A stretch of DNA of 64,000 nucleotides. Origin: Parcubacteria group bacterium (GTDB lineage Bacteria; Patescibacteriota; Minisyncoccia; Phycocordibacterales; CSBR16-119). Within the stretch, counting starts at the first letter, position 1. Each line of letters opens with the position of its first letter. The stretch covers positions 16,269-80,268 of the forward strand of contig CALRFT010000004.1 of NCBI GenBank assembly GCA_943356745.1. The letters are read 5' to 3'. The position numbers and the translations under genes were made by a program. Shown piece after piece: positions 38,252 to 46,656 of the stretch. The notes beneath the pieces are model-generated. The model had not been told where the DNA came from. It searched no databases and saw only the letters and a program-made list of their open reading frames with translations.

Positions 38252-38369
38252 TATTTTTTCACAACACTTATAATGTCTTATGTAATACTACCATATTGAC
38301 GTTTTTTATTCTTAACCATTACAGAGGTGTATTATTTACCATAAAGTGGTGTTGTGGTAAAGTAATTAT

Positions 38370-39569
38370 ATGATTTCAACAGATCCAAAGAAAATTAAAG
38401 AACTCCTCTCAAGAGGTGTTGATGAAATAATTGGAAAAGAAGATATTGAAAAAGCACTTCTTTCTGGAAAACAACTTCGAATTAAACTTGGAATTGATCC
38501 AACAAGTCCAAATCTTCATCTTGGGCGATCTATCCCGCTTTTAAAATTGCGAGATTTTCAAGATCTTGGTCATAAGATTGTGATGATTGTGGGAGATTTT
38601 ACAGGAGTCGTGGGGGACACTTCAGATAAGGATTCAGAACGTCCTATGCTTACAGAAAAACAGATTAATGAAAATCTTAAAACATACAAAAAACAACTTG
38701 GTAAAATAATAAATGTTTCAAAAGCGGAGTTTTATTTTAATTCTAAATGGCTCAAAAAACTAAACTTTGCTCAAATTGGTGAATTAGCTAGTATTTTCTC
38801 GGTAAATCAATTTATTTCTCGAGAACTTATCTCAAAACGACTCCGAGAAGGGAAACGTGTTTCACTTCATGAAACTCTTTACCCGCTTATGCAAGGATTT
38901 GACTCGGTCGCGGTAAAGGCTGATGTTGAACTGGGTGGAACTGATCAAAAATTCAATATTCTTGCTGGACGAGATATTCAAAAGCATTTTAATCAAAAAG
39001 AACAAAGTGTTATTCTTGGGCCGATTATTGAAGGGCTTGATGGAAGAAAAATGTCTTCTTCATGGGGAAATACAATAAATTTTCTTGATACTCCAGAAAA
39101 TATGTACGGAAAAATAATGTCCATGAAGGATGAACTTGTTATTAAGTATTTTGAACTTCTTACAAGAGTCTCTTATGATGCGATAGAAGAATATAAAAAA
39201 CTTATCAAAAAGGATCCTAAAAAGGCAAAAATGGCACTTGCGGAAACCATCGTTGTAATGTATCACGGGCAGGATGAGGCTAGTGAGGCAGAAAATTCTT
39301 GGAAAAAAACTTTCGAACTTGGAATGATTCCAGACAATGTAAAACAAGTGAAGGTTCACTTTAAAAAACCACTTGTAGATATTCTTATTGAAGAAGGTCT
39401 TGTAGAATCAAAAAGCGAATTTAAAAGATTAATAGAAGCTGGTTCTATTAAAATAAAACTAAAACAAGAAGAACGAAGAATTATCGACCCAAATTCTCTT
39501 GTTGAAGAATCAACCGATCTTCGTATTGGAAAAAAACGTTTTCTTAAAATAGAGGTTGAGAAAAAATAA
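38370..39569 (+). CDS. tyrS: Tyrosyl-tRNA synthetase with a C-terminal S4-like domain.
   Basis: Class I HIGH-type motif (PNLHLGRS), KMSSS motif and a C-terminal S4 fold (KRLIEAGSIKI). Confidence 0.8.
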   Translation: MISTDPKKIKELLSRGVDEIIGKEDIEKALLSGKQLRIKLGIDPTSPNLHLGRSIPLLKLRDFQDLGHKIVMIVGDFTGVVGDTSDKDSERPMLTEKQINENLKTYKKQLGKIINVSKAEFYFNSKWLKKLNFAQIGELASIFSVNQFISRELISKRLREGKRVSLHETLYPLMQGFDSVAVKADVELGGTDQKFNILAGRDIQKHFNQKEQSVILGPIIEGLDGRKMSSSWGNTINFLDTPENMYGKIMSMKDELVIKYFELLTRVSYDAIEEYKKLIKKDPKKAKMALAETIVVMYHGQDEASEAENSWKKTFELGMIPDNVKQVKVHFKKPLVDILIEEGLVESKSEFKRLIEAGSIKIKLKQEERRIIDPNSLVEESTDLRIGKKRFLKIEVEKK

Positions 39570-39571
39570 AG

Positions 39572-39600
39572 AAAAGAGCGAAGCCTTCGGCTTCGCTCTT
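39572..39600. terminator. Bidirectional terminator AGAGCGAAGCCTTCGGCTTCGCTCT shared by tyrS (+) and the acidic-peptide gene (-).
   Basis: 11-bp stem, A/T flanks. Confidence 0.7.
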
Positions 39601-39601
39601 T

Positions 39602-39733
39602 TTAATTCCACTCATCTGGATTGTAGTCAGAATCACCTCCTTCTTCTTCATCCTCAAATTCATCAAAAGAATCTTGAGTATCAAAAAAATCTTCATCTAA
39701 AATATCATCATCTGGAATAATAAAATCCGACAT
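39602..39733 (-). CDS. 43-aa hyper-acidic peptide (MSDFIIPDDDILDEDFFDTQDSFDEFEDEEEGGDSDYNPDEWN). Not in the ORF track.
   Basis: ATG ORF directly downstream of ruvC on the same strand, ending at the shared terminator. 22 of 43 residues are D/E; none are K or R. Confidence 0.35.
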   Translation of the reverse strand: MSDFIIPDDDILDEDFFDTQDSFDEFEDEEEGGDSDYNPDEWN

Positions 39734-39804
39734 GGTATTACAAAATAAATTTAATTTAATAATTACAGTTAGTTTTAACAAAAAGAAAGTTTCTACGCAA
39801 GATT

Positions 39805-40290
39805 TTATTTGTGAATATCTCGAGCCGAAGCAAGATCGGTTAATCCAATAGCTATTGCATCGATTTCATCATCCTGTTTGGTATCTTTTGATATATGTAT
39901 TAGTTTGGTAACCATAAGATACACTTGTTCTTTTGTAGCTTTTCCATAACCTGTCACGGCATTTTTAATCTGAGGTGGAGTATATTCTGAAATTGTAAGA
40001 TTGTGATTTGATGCAATAAACATAAGTACTCCTCGAACTTCCGCGACTCCTAAAACGGTTTTTGTGTTGTTAGTATGAAACACACTTTCAATAGCAAAAC
40101 GATTTGGTTTGTATTGTTCTATTATTTTTTCAACCTCTTTACCAACAAGGAAAATACGTTCATGTAATTTTATTTTTGGGCTTGTTTTAAAACATTCAGA
40201 AAAAAGAAGTTCCTCTTTTTTACCTTTTTCTTTTTGTATTACAGCGATACCGAGTCTCTCGTATCCAGGGTCAATTGATATTGTTACCAT
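39805..40290 (-). CDS. ruvC: Holliday junction resolvase RuvC.
   Basis: MVTISIDPGYERLGIAVI and the catalytic DxE...D..D pattern of the RNase H-like fold. Confidence 0.9.
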   Translation of the reverse strand: MVTISIDPGYERLGIAVIQKEKGKKEELLFSECFKTSPKIKLHERIFLVGKEVEKIIEQYKPNRFAIESVFHTNNTKTVLGVAEVRGVLMFIASNHNLTISEYTPPQIKNAVTGYGKATKEQVYLMVTKLIHISKDTKQDDEIDAIAIGLTDLASARDIHK

Positions 40291-40322
40291 GTGTATAGTA
40301 TAACAGGTGTTATAATCTAGTC

Positions 40323-42032
40323 ATGGCGAATTTTAATGATGAGCAACAAATAAAACTTACAAGTTCACTTCGGGAACGAGAAGAAGAAGAATTGGTGAAA
40401 ACACTTGCAAGTACACAATATAGAATTCCTTATATTGATCTTACTAAAATAATGGTTGAAAATATTGCTCTTTCTATCGTTCCTGAATCTTTTTCAAGAA
40501 GTTTTGGAATTGTTCCTTTTGCTTTGAAAGGTAAAGAATTATCAATAGGTTTACAGTCTCCTGAACGAAAAGAGGTTGTTCAATTTCTTGAAATCTTAAA
40601 ATCCAAAGGATATATCTTGGATTTGTATATGGTTTCAAGTTCTAGTGTAAAAAAAGTACTTGAAAGATATGAAGAAATATCTTCCGCAGAACGTGTAAAA
40701 GCAGGAAGTCTTGATATTTCAGCCGAAGTGCTTAGTCAAAAAATAAATGAAATAAAAACAATTCAAGATGTTGAATTTCAAATACAAAAAAATAATGACA
40801 ATTCTCAAACACACAGAATTACAAATATTTTAGAAATTATTTTTGCTGGAGCAATTTCACTTGGTGTTTCTGATGTTCACATAGAACCAGAAGAGGGAAA
40901 TACAATCATTCGATTTCGACTTGATGGTGTTCTTCATAATGTAATAACTATAGATCATCAAACATACTGGCTTATAAATTCTCGAATTAAACTCCTTTCG
41001 GGGATGAAACTCACAAAAGGACGAGCACAAGATGGAAGATTTTCTATTTTTATTGATGGTTCAGAAATTTCAATGCGTACATCAATTATGCCAGGAGCTT
41101 TTGGTGAAGGTGTTGTAATGCGTATACTTAATCCAAAATCAATTGAGGTAGAGTTAGAAGATCTTGGTATTGAAGAAAAACTTTTCAAAATTATCAATAG
41201 AGAGATTGAAAAACCAAACGGAATGATTTTAATTACAGGACCAACAGGTTCTGGAAAAACAACAACTCTTTATTCATTTCTTCGAAGAATAAAATCAGAA
41301 GAAAATAAAGTAATCACAATTGAAGACCCAATTGAATACCATCTTTCTGGTATTACCCAAACACAAACAAACAGTTCTAAAGAGTATGATTTTGCTGCTG
41401 GGCTTCGTGCGGCGCTTCGTCACGACCCTGATGTTGTAATGGTGGGGGAAATTCGAGATAGTGAAACAGCAATAATTGCTGTTGAATCATCTCTTACTGG
41501 ACACCTCGTGTTTTCAACACTCCATACAAATAATGCGGCAGGGGTAATTCCACGTCTTATTGATTTGAGTGTAAACCCAAAAACACTTTCTTCAGCGCTT
41601 TCAATAGCTATTGGTCAACGTCTTGTGAGAAAAATTTGTCCCTACTGTAAAAAACAAAGAGATATAACAGAAGAAGAAAAGAAAGTTATAGATTCTGTAT
41701 TAATAAATGCTGAAAATGACGGAAAAGATATAAAGGCATATAATATAGATAAAAATCAAACTCTTAAACTGTACCAAGCTGTGGGTTGTGAAAAATGTAA
41801 TGGGGTAGGATATAAAGGCCGAATTGGAATTTTTGAAGCTGTTGTAGCAGATGAAACAATGCAAGAACTCATGCCTCAAAACCCAAGTGAAACAGAAATT
41901 CGAAAAGCTGCTAAAAAACAAGGAATTCTTGATATGAAAGAAGATGGAATAATTAAAGCCTTGAAAGGTGTCACTTCTATTGAAGAGGTAAAAAGCGTTG
42001 TTGATATATATGAAGATATTGATTATATATAA
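40323..42032 (+). CDS. pilB: GspE/PilB-family type II secretion / type IV pilus assembly ATPase.
   Basis: GspE N-domain, Walker A (GPTGSGKTTT), Asp box, His box and the C-terminal tetracysteine motif (CPYCK...CEKCNGVGYKGR). Confidence 0.85.
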   Translation: MANFNDEQQIKLTSSLREREEEELVKTLASTQYRIPYIDLTKIMVENIALSIVPESFSRSFGIVPFALKGKELSIGLQSPERKEVVQFLEILKSKGYILDLYMVSSSSVKKVLERYEEISSAERVKAGSLDISAEVLSQKINEIKTIQDVEFQIQKNNDNSQTHRITNILEIIFAGAISLGVSDVHIEPEEGNTIIRFRLDGVLHNVITIDHQTYWLINSRIKLLSGMKLTKGRAQDGRFSIFIDGSEISMRTSIMPGAFGEGVVMRILNPKSIEVELEDLGIEEKLFKIINREIEKPNGMILITGPTGSGKTTTLYSFLRRIKSEENKVITIEDPIEYHLSGITQTQTNSSKEYDFAAGLRAALRHDPDVVMVGEIRDSETAIIAVESSLTGHLVFSTLHTNNAAGVIPRLIDLSVNPKTLSSALSIAIGQRLVRKICPYCKKQRDITEEEKKVIDSVLINAENDGKDIKAYNIDKNQTLKLYQAVGCEKCNGVGYKGRIGIFEAVVADETMQELMPQNPSETEIRKAAKKQGILDMKEDGIIKALKGVTSIEEVKSVVDIYEDIDYI

Positions 42033-42371
42033 AATAAAAACCAGCGAATATCGCTGGTTTTTATTGTATAGGAGTAAAATCTCTAATCTTTAAACATTCC
42101 TAATATCACTTTTGCAATACTAGTAACGAAAAAGCGATAAGGATAGATTCAGTCGGAACCAAACCGTCCTCTGCAAAGCCGTAGTGGGCGTACCCAGAAT
42201 GCTTAAAGATTACAAACTTTCTCCTAAGAGACACATATGAGAATATAGAAAAGAAAACAATCACTGTCAAGCTTTCTGTCTTTTTAAAAGCTTACAAACA
42301 CAAATGTATCATATAAAAAATATATTGTCAAGTACTTATGACTAGTTTGTTTTATTTGATATAATACAAAT

Positions 42372-43349
42372 ATGAATAGCGAATCTCGTACTGGTGATAA
42401 TTATCTTGATCAAACCCTTCGTCCTCATACTTGGGATGAATATATTGGTCAAGAAATAATAAAGCAAAACCTTAAAATTCTTCTTAAGGCAGCAGAAGAA
42501 CGAGGTCATCCAGCTGAACATATTCTTTTTTATGGTCCTCCGGGCCTTGGAAAAACAACCCTTGCAAACCTTATTGCAAAAGAGACAGGTAGACAAATAA
42601 AAATCACATCCGGTCCGGCAATTGAAAAAGTAGGAGATCTTGCTTCAATACTCACAAACCTTTCAGAAGGAGATATTTTATTCATTGATGAAATTCACAG
42701 ACTTAATAAATCTGTAGAAGAAGTTTTGTATCCTGCGATGGAGTCCGGTGTCCTCGATATTATTATCGGAAAAGGTCCAAGTGCTCGTACCATCCAACTT
42801 GATCTTCCGCCATTCACTCTTGTTGCAGCAACTACTCGAATATCACTTCTCTCATCACCTCTTCGGTCTCGGTTTTCTGGGGGTGTACATAGACTCGAAA
42901 TGTACTCTCTTGATGAAATGGAGAAGATTGTAGATAGATCTTCACACATACTTGGCGTGATTGCAGAAAAACAAGCAATTCAAGAAATTGCAAAACGTGC
43001 AAGAAGTACACCAAGAACCGCAAACTATTTTTTAAAAAGATGTCGAGACTATGCCCAGGTTCATAAGCATGACCTTAATACAGAAAGTGTTAGAAAAGCA
43101 TTGCAATTACTAGGTGTTGATGAGCTTGGTCTTTTTGAAACAGACAGAAATCTACTCCGTATTCTAATAGAAAAATTCAATGGTGGACCTGTCGGACTCA
43201 AGACTCTTGCTGCAGCAACGGGTGATGAAGAATCAACAATTGAAGATGTTGTTGAACCATACCTTATTCAACTTGGGTTTATTGAAAGAACAGCAAGAGG
43301 AAGAATTGCTACAGAAAAAGCCTACGAACATCTTGAAATAATAAAATAA
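42372..43349 (+). CDS. ruvB: Holliday junction branch-migration ATPase RuvB.
   Basis: LRPHTWDEYIGQE, Walker A (GPPGLGKTTLA), sensor motifs and the winged-helix C-domain. Confidence 0.9.
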   Translation: MNSESRTGDNYLDQTLRPHTWDEYIGQEIIKQNLKILLKAAEERGHPAEHILFYGPPGLGKTTLANLIAKETGRQIKITSGPAIEKVGDLASILTNLSEGDILFIDEIHRLNKSVEEVLYPAMESGVLDIIIGKGPSARTIQLDLPPFTLVAATTRISLLSSPLRSRFSGGVHRLEMYSLDEMEKIVDRSSHILGVIAEKQAIQEIAKRARSTPRTANYFLKRCRDYAQVHKHDLNTESVRKALQLLGVDELGLFETDRNLLRILIEKFNGGPVGLKTLAAATGDEESTIEDVVEPYLIQLGFIERTARGRIATEKAYEHLEIIK

Positions 43350-43350
43350 T

Positions 43351-43590
43351 TTGACTCTAAAAATCTTTTTAGAGTATAATTTAAAAAAAGATTGCACTGA
43401 AAGGACTTACGAGCTAGCGGGTCTTAAAGGGGAATATACCCAGACCATAAGCTAAGGTGGGAGATAGAAACAGGACCCATACTGTACCGAAGCTATGGAT
43501 CAGGTTAGTAACTGGTGATAGGTCTTTCTTTTTTGTTTTCTAAAAAAGATGAGACCCTTTTTAGGGTCTCTTTCTTTTTCTCTTAATTAT
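43351..43590 (+). ncRNA. Candidate ~200-nt non-coding RNA with its own promoter and terminator. Identity unresolved; size range of 6S or small SRP RNA.
   Basis: Promoter TTGACT-18-TATAAT (43351-43384) whose spacer is the palindrome CTCTAAAAATCTTTTTAGAG. A GC-richer body with helices such as GGGTC...GACCC. Terminator GAGACCCTTTTTAGGGTCTC + T-run (about 43551-43590). No ORF. Confidence 0.35.
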
Positions 43591-43604
43591 CTATACTTAA
43601 TAAT

Positions 43605-44135
43605 ATGTCAGGGCACAATAAATGGTCAAAAATAAAACATAAAAAAGCAGCAATAGATTCTCAAAAATCAAAAGTTTTTGGAAGAATTGTCCGCTTGATT
43701 CAAGTGGAAGCCAAAAAAAGTGGAGGAAATCTTGATTCACCAGGACTCCGTCTTGCTTTGGAGAAAGCACGAAAGGCAAATATGCCGAGCGATAATATTG
43801 ATCGTGCTATCAAAAAAGGTAATGAAGGCGGTGCAGATATGCAAGAAGTTGTATTCGAAGCATATGGCCCTGGAGGTGTTGGGATGATAATCACAGCTTT
43901 GACTGATAATAACAATCGGACAAGTCAAGAAATAAGACATATTCTTACTAAAAATAATGGTGTTTTTAGTACCCCAGGTTCTGTCTCTTGGAATTTTACC
44001 AAAAATCAAGAACGAGACTTTGTACCAAATTCAACAATTCCGCTCAATGAAGAAGATGGAGAAAAACTCGAAAGACTTATAGAAGCAATAGAAGAACAGG
44101 ATGATGTACAGGAAATATATATAAATGCTGAATAA
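43605..44135 (+). CDS. yebC: YebC/PmpR-family protein, unusually short (176 aa).
   Basis: The N-terminus MSGHNKWSKIKHKKAAIDSQKSKVFGRI and the C-terminus IEAIEEQDDVQEIYIN match the family. About 60 aa of the central domain are missing relative to typical ~240-aa members. Confidence 0.75.
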   Translation: MSGHNKWSKIKHKKAAIDSQKSKVFGRIVRLIQVEAKKSGGNLDSPGLRLALEKARKANMPSDNIDRAIKKGNEGGADMQEVVFEAYGPGGVGMIITALTDNNNRTSQEIRHILTKNNGVFSTPGSVSWNFTKNQERDFVPNSTIPLNEEDGEKLERLIEAIEEQDDVQEIYINAE

Positions 44136-44315
44136 AAACCTTGATTTTTCAAGGTTTTTATATTTGTCTCTTATATAAATAAAAGGACACATAGTACTTG
44201 ACAAGAAGGGTATAAGTGTGCTATATATAATGTAAATAAACCCAAATCAGGTCCAGTAGCTTTGCTGTCTGGATAAACAAAAACCAGGCAGAAATGCCAT
44301 AAAAAACAATACAAA

Positions 44316-46460
44316 ATGAAACAAATTCTTGTTTTTCTGACCTTGATTGGTCTGCTCCTTGTAAACTTAAAACTTAACGCACAAGTTGAGTACTACAATG
44401 AGAAAAATCCTCGTCCGGAAGGGGCAACGCTTTATCCAACGATGAAAAATGCTCATAAAGGTACCAATTTCTCTGTTGATGAAGTGAGACTTGCTCACTT
44501 AAAAGGATTGAATACTTCAATTCCTTTGGATCAATTACATAACTCTTACAAAGAGTTCCGTACTATTGAATTTGCATACTACAGCACAATTCTTGGTGAA
44601 ACACAAAAACCAAGCGATGTTGCTGATTGGGTTTCGGTCAACTTTCCTGATTTAGGAGGGGATCCCGAACTATGGCAAGAGAAATCTTTTCCATTTTTGG
44701 AAGAGATATCTCTAAATGCTACCGATACCATTGTTTCTCTTGGCTATCTTGATCAAGATGCATATGGTTCCAAAAAAGGAATGAAGTCAATTGAAAGAGC
44801 TCCTTACCGAGACGGACAAAACAGTTATCGAGAAAATGAAAAGTTTCTAGGACTTCCTCTTGAAAAGCTTTCGGGACGACCTGAGTTTGTTGGGGTGTAC
44901 ATAGTGCATTATTCACTTGGTTGTGGAAATGCTGTTATGTTAAAAAACCCTCAAAAACTTAAAATTGCAAAACCAAATCTGGAGTTTGTTGAAACACAAC
45001 AAGCAACTGATCCGGGTGTTCGTTATTTGGGATCTGATTGGGTTGTTAGTATTGAATATTATACAATTCAACAACCTTTGGTTCAGATGGCTCCGCAAAA
45101 TTTTAATTATTGCGGTGTATCCTATCAGTGGGGTTTTAATTACAATCCTTGCTGGTGGAGTCCTGCGGTGTATTACCCGACTAATTGTTGGGGTTGTACA
45201 ACTTATGTTCCACAGCAACCAGTCACAAACAACTACTATTATGAAGGTGATACCTACATTACAAATGAAGGTGATACCTACATTACAAATGAAGGTGATC
45301 AAATCATAAATGAAGGTGATGTTGTTATTGTGAATAATAACCCTCCTGCTGACGATGACGATGGTGGACCAGTATTACCTCCAAATGGAGATGATGACGA
45401 TGGTGGACCAGTACTTGGAGAAAACGGTGATGATTCAACACCAGACAACAATGATGGCGGACCAAATCTCGGTGAGAATGGCCCCAATCTTGGAAATAAT
45501 GGTGAAGAAACAGACAATGGTGACAATAACGGTGGCGGAGGTAATCTTGGTGGAAGTGGAATGATTGCTAATGATTCAGATTCAAAACAAACTCAAAAGA
45601 CGGTATCTTTTTCAGATATTAGTCCAAAGGTTCAATCAGAATATTGGAACAGTACAAAACAATCTCTTGTACAAAAAGAGACTGCTTATGCACAAAATCA
45701 ATCTTCTAATAACACATCAAAAAAACCTGCAAATTGGAATGTTCAAAATACATCCAATATTCAAAACCAGGGTGTGTCTACCAAACAACCGGCAGAAGGT
45801 GTATCTACTCAACAAAATACATCCCCAACACTTAGTGGTAATTCTACTAAACAACCAGCTGGTACAACATCAACAAAACCTGCAAACTGGAACGCAACAG
45901 CAAACACAAGTCCTGCTGTGGGTGGTGGAAAAAATCCTGGAACAACAAACACCAAACCTCAAAATACAGGAACAACAACTGCTCCTGTTCGAGGTAATGG
46001 TACAAATGGAACCACAGGAAATAATTCTTCCACGACTTCAGTACGACAACCAGCTCAAGGGAAACCCTTAAACTGGAACGCAACAGCAAACACAAGTCCT
46101 GCTGTGGGTGGTGGAAAAAATCCTGGAACAACAAACACCAAACCTCAAAATACAGGAACAACAACTGCTCCTGTTCGAGGTAATGGTACAAGTGGAACCA
46201 CATACAAACCCTCTCAAAACACAACAGTTCAAAGAGGGAATGGTGGAACTAACACTTCTTCAACATCAGGAAAACTGAATACTGGAAATTATCAAACTTC
46301 TAATAATTCAGGTACGACCTCTCAAAGCTCTACCGCTATGAAAGGTTCAAATAATTATTCTGGTGGAAAAGTAAGTGGGGGAAACACTGGTGGAATGAGA
46401 AGTTCTGGTGGTGGTTCAGGTGGTTCTGTCGGTGGAGGTTCTCGTGGAGGGCGTCGTTAA
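44316..46460 (+). CDS. Secreted repeat protein (714 aa). It has a signal peptide and a globular N-half. It has EGDTYITNEGD repeats and DDDDGGPVL repeats. Two near-identical ~60-aa T/N/G-rich repeats follow. The tail is Gly/Ser/Arg-rich.
   Basis: Signal peptide MKQILVFLTLIGLLLVNLKLNA. Direct reading of the repeats. Confidence 0.7.
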   Translation: MKQILVFLTLIGLLLVNLKLNAQVEYYNEKNPRPEGATLYPTMKNAHKGTNFSVDEVRLAHLKGLNTSIPLDQLHNSYKEFRTIEFAYYSTILGETQKPSDVADWVSVNFPDLGGDPELWQEKSFPFLEEISLNATDTIVSLGYLDQDAYGSKKGMKSIERAPYRDGQNSYRENEKFLGLPLEKLSGRPEFVGVYIVHYSLGCGNAVMLKNPQKLKIAKPNLEFVETQQATDPGVRYLGSDWVVSIEYYTIQQPLVQMAPQNFNYCGVSYQWGFNYNPCWWSPAVYYPTNCWGCTTYVPQQPVTNNYYYEGDTYITNEGDTYITNEGDQIINEGDVVIVNNNPPADDDDGGPVLPPNGDDDDGGPVLGENGDDSTPDNNDGGPNLGENGPNLGNNGEETDNGDNNGGGGNLGGSGMIANDSDSKQTQKTVSFSDISPKVQSEYWNSTKQSLVQKETAYAQNQSSNNTSKKPANWNVQNTSNIQNQGVSTKQPAEGVSTQQNTSPTLSGNSTKQPAGTTSTKPANWNATANTSPAVGGGKNPGTTNTKPQNTGTTTAPVRGNGTNGTTGNNSSTTSVRQPAQGKPLNWNATANTSPAVGGGKNPGTTNTKPQNTGTTTAPVRGNGTSGTTYKPSQNTTVQRGNGGTNTSSTSGKLNTGNYQTSNNSGTTSQSSTAMKGSNNYSGGKVSGGNTGGMRSSGGGSGGSVGGGSRGGRR
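45869..46206 (+). repeat. Intragenic tandem duplication: two about 140-bp near-identical copies (45869-46015 and 46069-46205), differing by one or two substitutions (N->S).
   Basis: The string AACTGGAACGCAACAGCAAACACAAGTCCTGCTGTGGGTGGTGGAAAAAATCCTGGAACAACAAACACC... is repeated almost exactly. Confidence 0.8.
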
Positions 46461-46656
46461 GTTTTATGAATGGTTCTTTCAAAGGAGGTTTAAAAGCCTC
46501 CTTTGTATTTTTTAGATCTTAATATCTTGCTTTTTCTTATAAAAAGCATTAATTTACGAGAGTATTGAGGTCTGAACGGTACAAGTGAACATATTGACAA
46601 TTTTAGATTAATATGTTATTATAATACTGTTTAATTAAAAAGTAACGATTTTTATT

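Noticed and set aside
42066-42371. SRP RNA / RNase P RNA / tmRNA identity for the non-coding gaps (also 43385-43540 and 53505-53780)
   Set aside because: I could not find the helix-8 GGAA/AGCAG SRP motifs, the P4 AGGAAAGUCCGG RNase P motif or a tmRNA tRNA-like end (GGTTCGA.TCC...CCA) by eye. They are left as unnamed ncRNA candidates pending covariance-model scans.
44940-45309. ORFs 44940..45302(-) and 44965..45309(+), and 45299..46224 region ORFs on both strands
   Set aside because: They overlap the 714-aa repeat-protein gene in other frames or antisense. Repeats such as ITFICNVGITFICNVG mirror the EGDTYITNEGD repeats, and the DNA tandem repeat generates duplicate peptide strings (EQEQLLFLYFEVWCLLFQDFFHHPQQDLCLLLRSSL x2).
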